The position numbers were made by a program, and so were the translations under genes. From NCBI GenBank assembly GCA_964649615.1, contig CAZYPW010000004.1:9153-73152 (forward strand): a DNA stretch of 64,000 nt, given 5' to 3'. How positions within the stretch are numbered: the first letter of the stretch is position 1; every line of letters begins with the position of its first letter. The notes beneath the pieces were generated by a model. It was not told the DNA's origin. It did no database searches and saw only the letters and a list, made by a program, of their open reading frames with translations. The DNA is from an uncultured Gammaproteobacteria bacterium (GTDB taxonomy: Bacteria > Patescibacteriota > Microgenomatia > Daviesbacterales > UBA10151). Of this stretch, positions 60,270-64,000 are shown piece after piece.

Positions 60270-62309
60270 TCAAATGACAACCTCAGATTTATCAGTTTTT
60301 GGTTTAGTCCAGGAAGCAAATTTGCAGCCTGGCCAGTTTTTACAGCCGTAAAAAGTTTTCCCTTTTCTGGTTTTTCTGACCACAATCTCTCCTCCGTCTA
60401 ATGGACATTTAGCATTAACTTTTTCCTCAAGGCTTTCTGTATGTTTACAATCAGGAAAACCACTGCAGGCTAAAAATTTACCAAACTTACCTATTCTCAC
60501 CATTAATTGTTTACCACATAAGGGACAATTTTTATCCACCATCTCAACTTCCATTTTAACTTTTTGAGCCGTTTTTTCGGTCTGCTCTAATTTTTTCTCA
60601 AAAGGATCGTAAAATGCTTTGATTGTTGGCTTCCATTGTCTTTCTCCTCTGGCAATATCATCCAGTTCATCTTCCATTTGGGCTGTGAATTGGTAATCAA
60701 AAACATCCGGAAAATACTCCATTAAAAAATCACAAACTGTAAATCCCAGGCCAGTTGGAATAAACTTTCTCTCTACTCTTTCAACATAAAACCGCTCCTG
60801 GATGGTGGAAAGGGTGGGTGCATAAGTAGAAGGCCTGCCAATCCCCAGCTCTTCCAGTTTTTTAATCAATGAGGCTTCATTATATCTGGGAGGAGGCTCA
60901 GTAAAATGCTGCCCGGGAATAAGCTGAATTAAGTTCAATAGTTGTTTTTCAGATAGCACTGGCAAAACCTGTTTTTTCTCATCTCCCTCTTTTTCAGCTT
61001 CCTTCCCATATAATTTTAACCAACCATCAAATTTAATTACACTACCAGTTACTCTCAGTAAATAATTGTCTGCTAATATATCAATAGCTGTCTGATCCAT
61101 CACTGCCTCAGACATCTGGCAAGCCACAAATCTTTTCCAAATTAAATCATATAATCTAACATGGTCTTTGTTAAAATTATCCTGTTGCCTGATGCCTGTT
61201 GCCTGTAACCTGACATCTGTTACTCTGATTGCCTCATGGGCTTCCTGGGCATTTTTGGATTTTGATTTAAAAATTCTAGCTGCTTTAGGCAAATAAGATT
61301 TGCCGATTGAATTCTCAATATATGTGCGTACTGCTCCAATTGCCTGGGCAGACAAATTAACAGAATCTGTTCTCATGTAAGTAATGAAGCCATGTTCATA
61401 TAAATTCTGGGCCAGCATCATAGTTTTTTTGGCTGACATCCCCAATTTGTTTGCTGCAGCTTGCTGAAGAGTTGAAGTTGTAAAAGGTGGATACGGAAAT
61501 CTCCTAGTTTCTTTTTGAGTTATTTTTGAAACAATGTAAGAAGCTTTCTCTAAATTTTTAACATGCCCATCTGCTTCTTCTTTACTGCTAATTTCCAATT
61601 TCTTGACATTTTGCTCTATTAAAGTTGCTATAAACCTTGATTCTTGAAGATCGTTAGATCGCAAGCTCTGCTTATTCTTGATTCTTGATTCTAATTCTGC
61701 TTCAATTATCCAATATTCCTCTGCTTTAAAGGCTTGAATCTCTCTTTCCCGCTCCACTATTAGCCTCAAAGCCACAGACTGAACTCTTCCTGCAGATAAA
61801 CCCTTTTTTACCTTTATCCAAAGCAGTGGAGACAATTTATACCCAACAAGTCTATCTAAGACCCTTCTGGCTTGCTGAGCATCTACGAGTTTTAAATCTA
61901 TCTCTCTAGGATTTTTAAAAGCTTCTTTGATTGCTTCAGGGGTAATTTCATGGAATACAACACGTTTTATGTCTTCACTTTTGAGTTTTGAGTTTTGAGT
62001 TTTGAGTTCAGAATTGCGTAGCAATTCTGCTATATGCCAGGCAATTGCTTCACCTTCCCTATCAGGATCTGTGGCTAAATATAAGTTTTTAGCATTTTTA
62101 GCTATTTTTTTTAGCTCATTAACTGTTTTTCTCTTATCTCTGGGGATTATATATTGGGGCTCAAAATTATGTTCAATATCCACTCCCAAATCAGACTTGG
62201 GCAAATCCCTGACATGCCCCATTGAGGCTTCTATTTGATATTTATCCCCTAAAAACTTTTGCAAAGTCCGGGCTTTGGTTGGCGATTCAACTATTACTAA
62301 ATTCTGCAT
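60270..62309 (-). CDS. topA: DNA topoisomerase I
   Basis: VESPTKA, DPDREGEAI, SAGRVQS, ITYMRTDS, C4 zinc ribbons. Confidence 0.98.
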   Translation of the reverse strand: MQNLVIVESPTKARTLQKFLGDKYQIEASMGHVRDLPKSDLGVDIEHNFEPQYIIPRDKRKTVNELKKIAKNAKNLYLATDPDREGEAIAWHIAELLRNSELKTQNSKLKSEDIKRVVFHEITPEAIKEAFKNPREIDLKLVDAQQARRVLDRLVGYKLSPLLWIKVKKGLSAGRVQSVALRLIVEREREIQAFKAEEYWIIEAELESRIKNKQSLRSNDLQESRFIATLIEQNVKKLEISSKEEADGHVKNLEKASYIVSKITQKETRRFPYPPFTTSTLQQAAANKLGMSAKKTMMLAQNLYEHGFITYMRTDSVNLSAQAIGAVRTYIENSIGKSYLPKAARIFKSKSKNAQEAHEAIRVTDVRLQATGIRQQDNFNKDHVRLYDLIWKRFVACQMSEAVMDQTAIDILADNYLLRVTGSVIKFDGWLKLYGKEAEKEGDEKKQVLPVLSEKQLLNLIQLIPGQHFTEPPPRYNEASLIKKLEELGIGRPSTYAPTLSTIQERFYVERVERKFIPTGLGFTVCDFLMEYFPDVFDYQFTAQMEDELDDIARGERQWKPTIKAFYDPFEKKLEQTEKTAQKVKMEVEMVDKNCPLCGKQLMVRIGKFGKFLACSGFPDCKHTESLEEKVNAKCPLDGGEIVVRKTRKGKTFYGCKNWPGCKFASWTKPKTDKSEVVI

Positions 62310-62440
62310 TTTTTACTCCTTTGGTAAAATTAGTGCGTGATTCGTTCATAGTTCATCGCACGAACTAACTATGAACTAACTAACTAACTAACTATTTACT
62401 ACTGTGGGGTAATTGTATATTGCTTGTCAATAGTTCGACT

Positions 62441-62680
62441 TCACTCAAAGTCAGAATCTAAAACTTCCGGGTTAACTTTTTCTAACTCTACCTTTAGATC
62501 TGTTGATTCATTAAACTGAAAAGTTTTTGGGGCATTAGGTGGAGCTGGGGTAGAAACTGGGGCAGTAACTGGTGAGGATTTAGGATTTACCAATGAGAGG
62601 TCTTTCTGACCTGTGACAAAATATACTGCGATCGCTGCCAAAATTGTCAACATAGCCACTAACAGAATTTTGTTTTTCAT
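62441..62680 (-). CDS. small membrane-anchored hypothetical protein
   Basis: N-terminal TM, Pro-rich linker, ATGA-coupled. Confidence 0.65.
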   Translation of the reverse strand: MKNKILLVAMLTILAAIAVYFVTGQKDLSLVNPKSSPVTAPVSTPAPPNAPKTFQFNESTDLKVELEKVNPEVLDSDFE

Positions 62681-63087
62681 TGTAGAGCCTTCCCTACCTC
62701 ACTTCTAGCTCTTAAGATCTTACCTTTTAAGGTTTGCAGCGAAGATCTAAGTTGAGCAGCAGATGAATACTTTTGAGCCCTTTGAAAGGCAATAGCCTCA
62801 GCTGCATAAGTGATCTGATAGTCTGCAGATTTAATGGCATCATCTATTCCCCCAAAAGCCACCCTGGTTTCTGTGATTCCTTTCCTTCTCCTTAACTCCT
62901 CCATAATAGCTGCCAGCTTTGAGAGATCATCTTCAAATCTATTACAGACCTTTTGATTAATGTTATAAAGGTTGGACGAGGCATGAGCAGGTATTATGTA
63001 GTATGTATTAAGTATTAAGAATAAGATTCCCATAATACCTAATACTTTATACTTACCGCCGAAGGCAGGGCGAGTTATACTTTTCAT
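62677..63087 (-). CDS. exported hypothetical protein
   Basis: Signal-like N-terminus ending AHA; ATGA-coupled on both sides. Confidence 0.65.
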   Translation of the reverse strand: MKSITRPAFGGKYKVLGIMGILFLILNTYYIIPAHASSNLYNINQKVCNRFEDDLSKLAAIMEELRRRKGITETRVAFGGIDDAIKSADYQITYAAEAIAFQRAQKYSSAAQLRSSLQTLKGKILRARSEVGKALQ

Positions 63088-64000
63088 GAAAGTAAATCTA
63101 CTCCTGCCTTAAAGATTTCTCCTTTATTCATTTTACCTTCCAAAATTAATCTGGAGAACTTAGCTTCCAGGGTATCTTGGATTAGTCTTCTTAAAGGCCT
63201 GGCTCCCAAAACTGGATCAAAACCCTTTTGTCCTAACTCTGAAACTAAACCTTCCTCAAATTCTACTAAATAACCTTTTTCTTCTAACTGTTTTTTTAAA
63301 CTGATAAGTTTTATCCTCACAATTTTTTCTAAATCAGTTGGTGATAAAGGCTTAAAAATAACCACATCATCAAACCTGTTAATAAGTTCAGGCTTAAAAA
63401 CTTTCAGCAGTTCATCATTAACTAATTTATCAATTTCACCCATATTTTTGCCTTGTTGCAACTCTTGGGCAATAGTTAAAGAAGCTGCATTTGAGGTAGC
63501 AATAATAATGGTATTCTCAAAACTAATTATTTTCCCCATCCCATCTGTTAATCTTCCATCTTCTAATACTTGTAAAAATAAAGTTAAGATTTTAGGATCT
63601 GCTTTTTCAAATTCATCAAGCAATAGCAGGGCATAGGGCCTGCTTCTAACTGCCTCAGTTAATAATCCTTCTTGACCAATCCCACCAATAAGCCTGCTAA
63701 CAGATTCTGGATTTTGATATTCAGACATATCAAATCTAATGAAAACTCCTTCTATTTTAAAATATACTGAAGCTAAAGTTTTAGCTAATTCTGTTTTACC
63801 TACCCCAGTTGGGCCAACAAACAAAAATGAGCCAATTGGCCTATCTTCCTGCTTTAAACCTGTAGCAGAACGCCTCAGAGCATCTGAGACTAACTTGACT
63901 GCTGGCTCCTGGTCTATTAATCTTTGATGGATTTCACCCTCCAAATTAAGCAGCCTGTTTTTATCTACATTTCCTACCTCAATCAAAGGCACTTTTACCC
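63084..64000 (-). CDS. Clp protease ATP-binding subunit (ClpA/B/C family), C-terminal part
   Basis: GPTGVGKTE, DMSEY, LDEFEKA, GARPLRR; runs off the window edge. Confidence 0.93.
   Translation of the reverse strand, partial: VKVPLIEVGNVDKNRLLNLEGEIHQRLIDQEPAVKLVSDALRRSATGLKQEDRPIGSFLFVGPTGVGKTELAKTLASVYFKIEGVFIRFDMSEYQNPESVSRLIGGIGQEGLLTEAVRSRPYALLLLDEFEKADPKILTLFLQVLEDGRLTDGMGKIISFENTIIIATSNAASLTIAQELQQGKNMGEIDKLVNDELLKVFKPELINRFDDVVIFKPLSPTDLEKIVRIKLISLKKQLEEKGYLVEFEEGLVSELGQKGFDPVLGARPLRRLIQDTLEAKFSRLILEGKMNKGEIFKAGVDLLS

Overview
Low-GC bacterial chromosome segment using genetic code 11 (TGA acts as stop, with many ATGA overlaps). Gene content suggests a Patescibacteria/CPR genome, probably Microgenomates-like (short EF-Ts, trigger factor lacking PPIase, DUF5667-type proteins); this taxonomy is inference. 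It carries an unusually complete nucleotide-biosynthesis region: purF-N-D-(S)L-Q, guaA, purA, two tandem archaeal-type purP genes, purH-B-E-C, prs, purM, glyA/folD, dcd/dut/thyA/folA, cmk, tmk and pyrG. It also holds housekeeping genes and four toxin-antitoxin-like pairs. Notable non-standard signals: (1) a gene with a 242-bp internal inversion that rebuilds a 465-aa ORF when flipped; (2) pervasive inverted 7-mer arrays, found flanking a deleted four-helix-bundle (Avd/IVS-like) gene, as empty intergenic copies, and in-frame inside essential genes; (3) several families of short GC-rich palindromes inserted in-frame; (4) a Lys/Thr leader-peptide attenuator upstream of an ACT-less aspartokinase; (5) two covarying ~140-nt structured elements flanking the dUTPase-like gene; (6) many apparently leaderless promoters.
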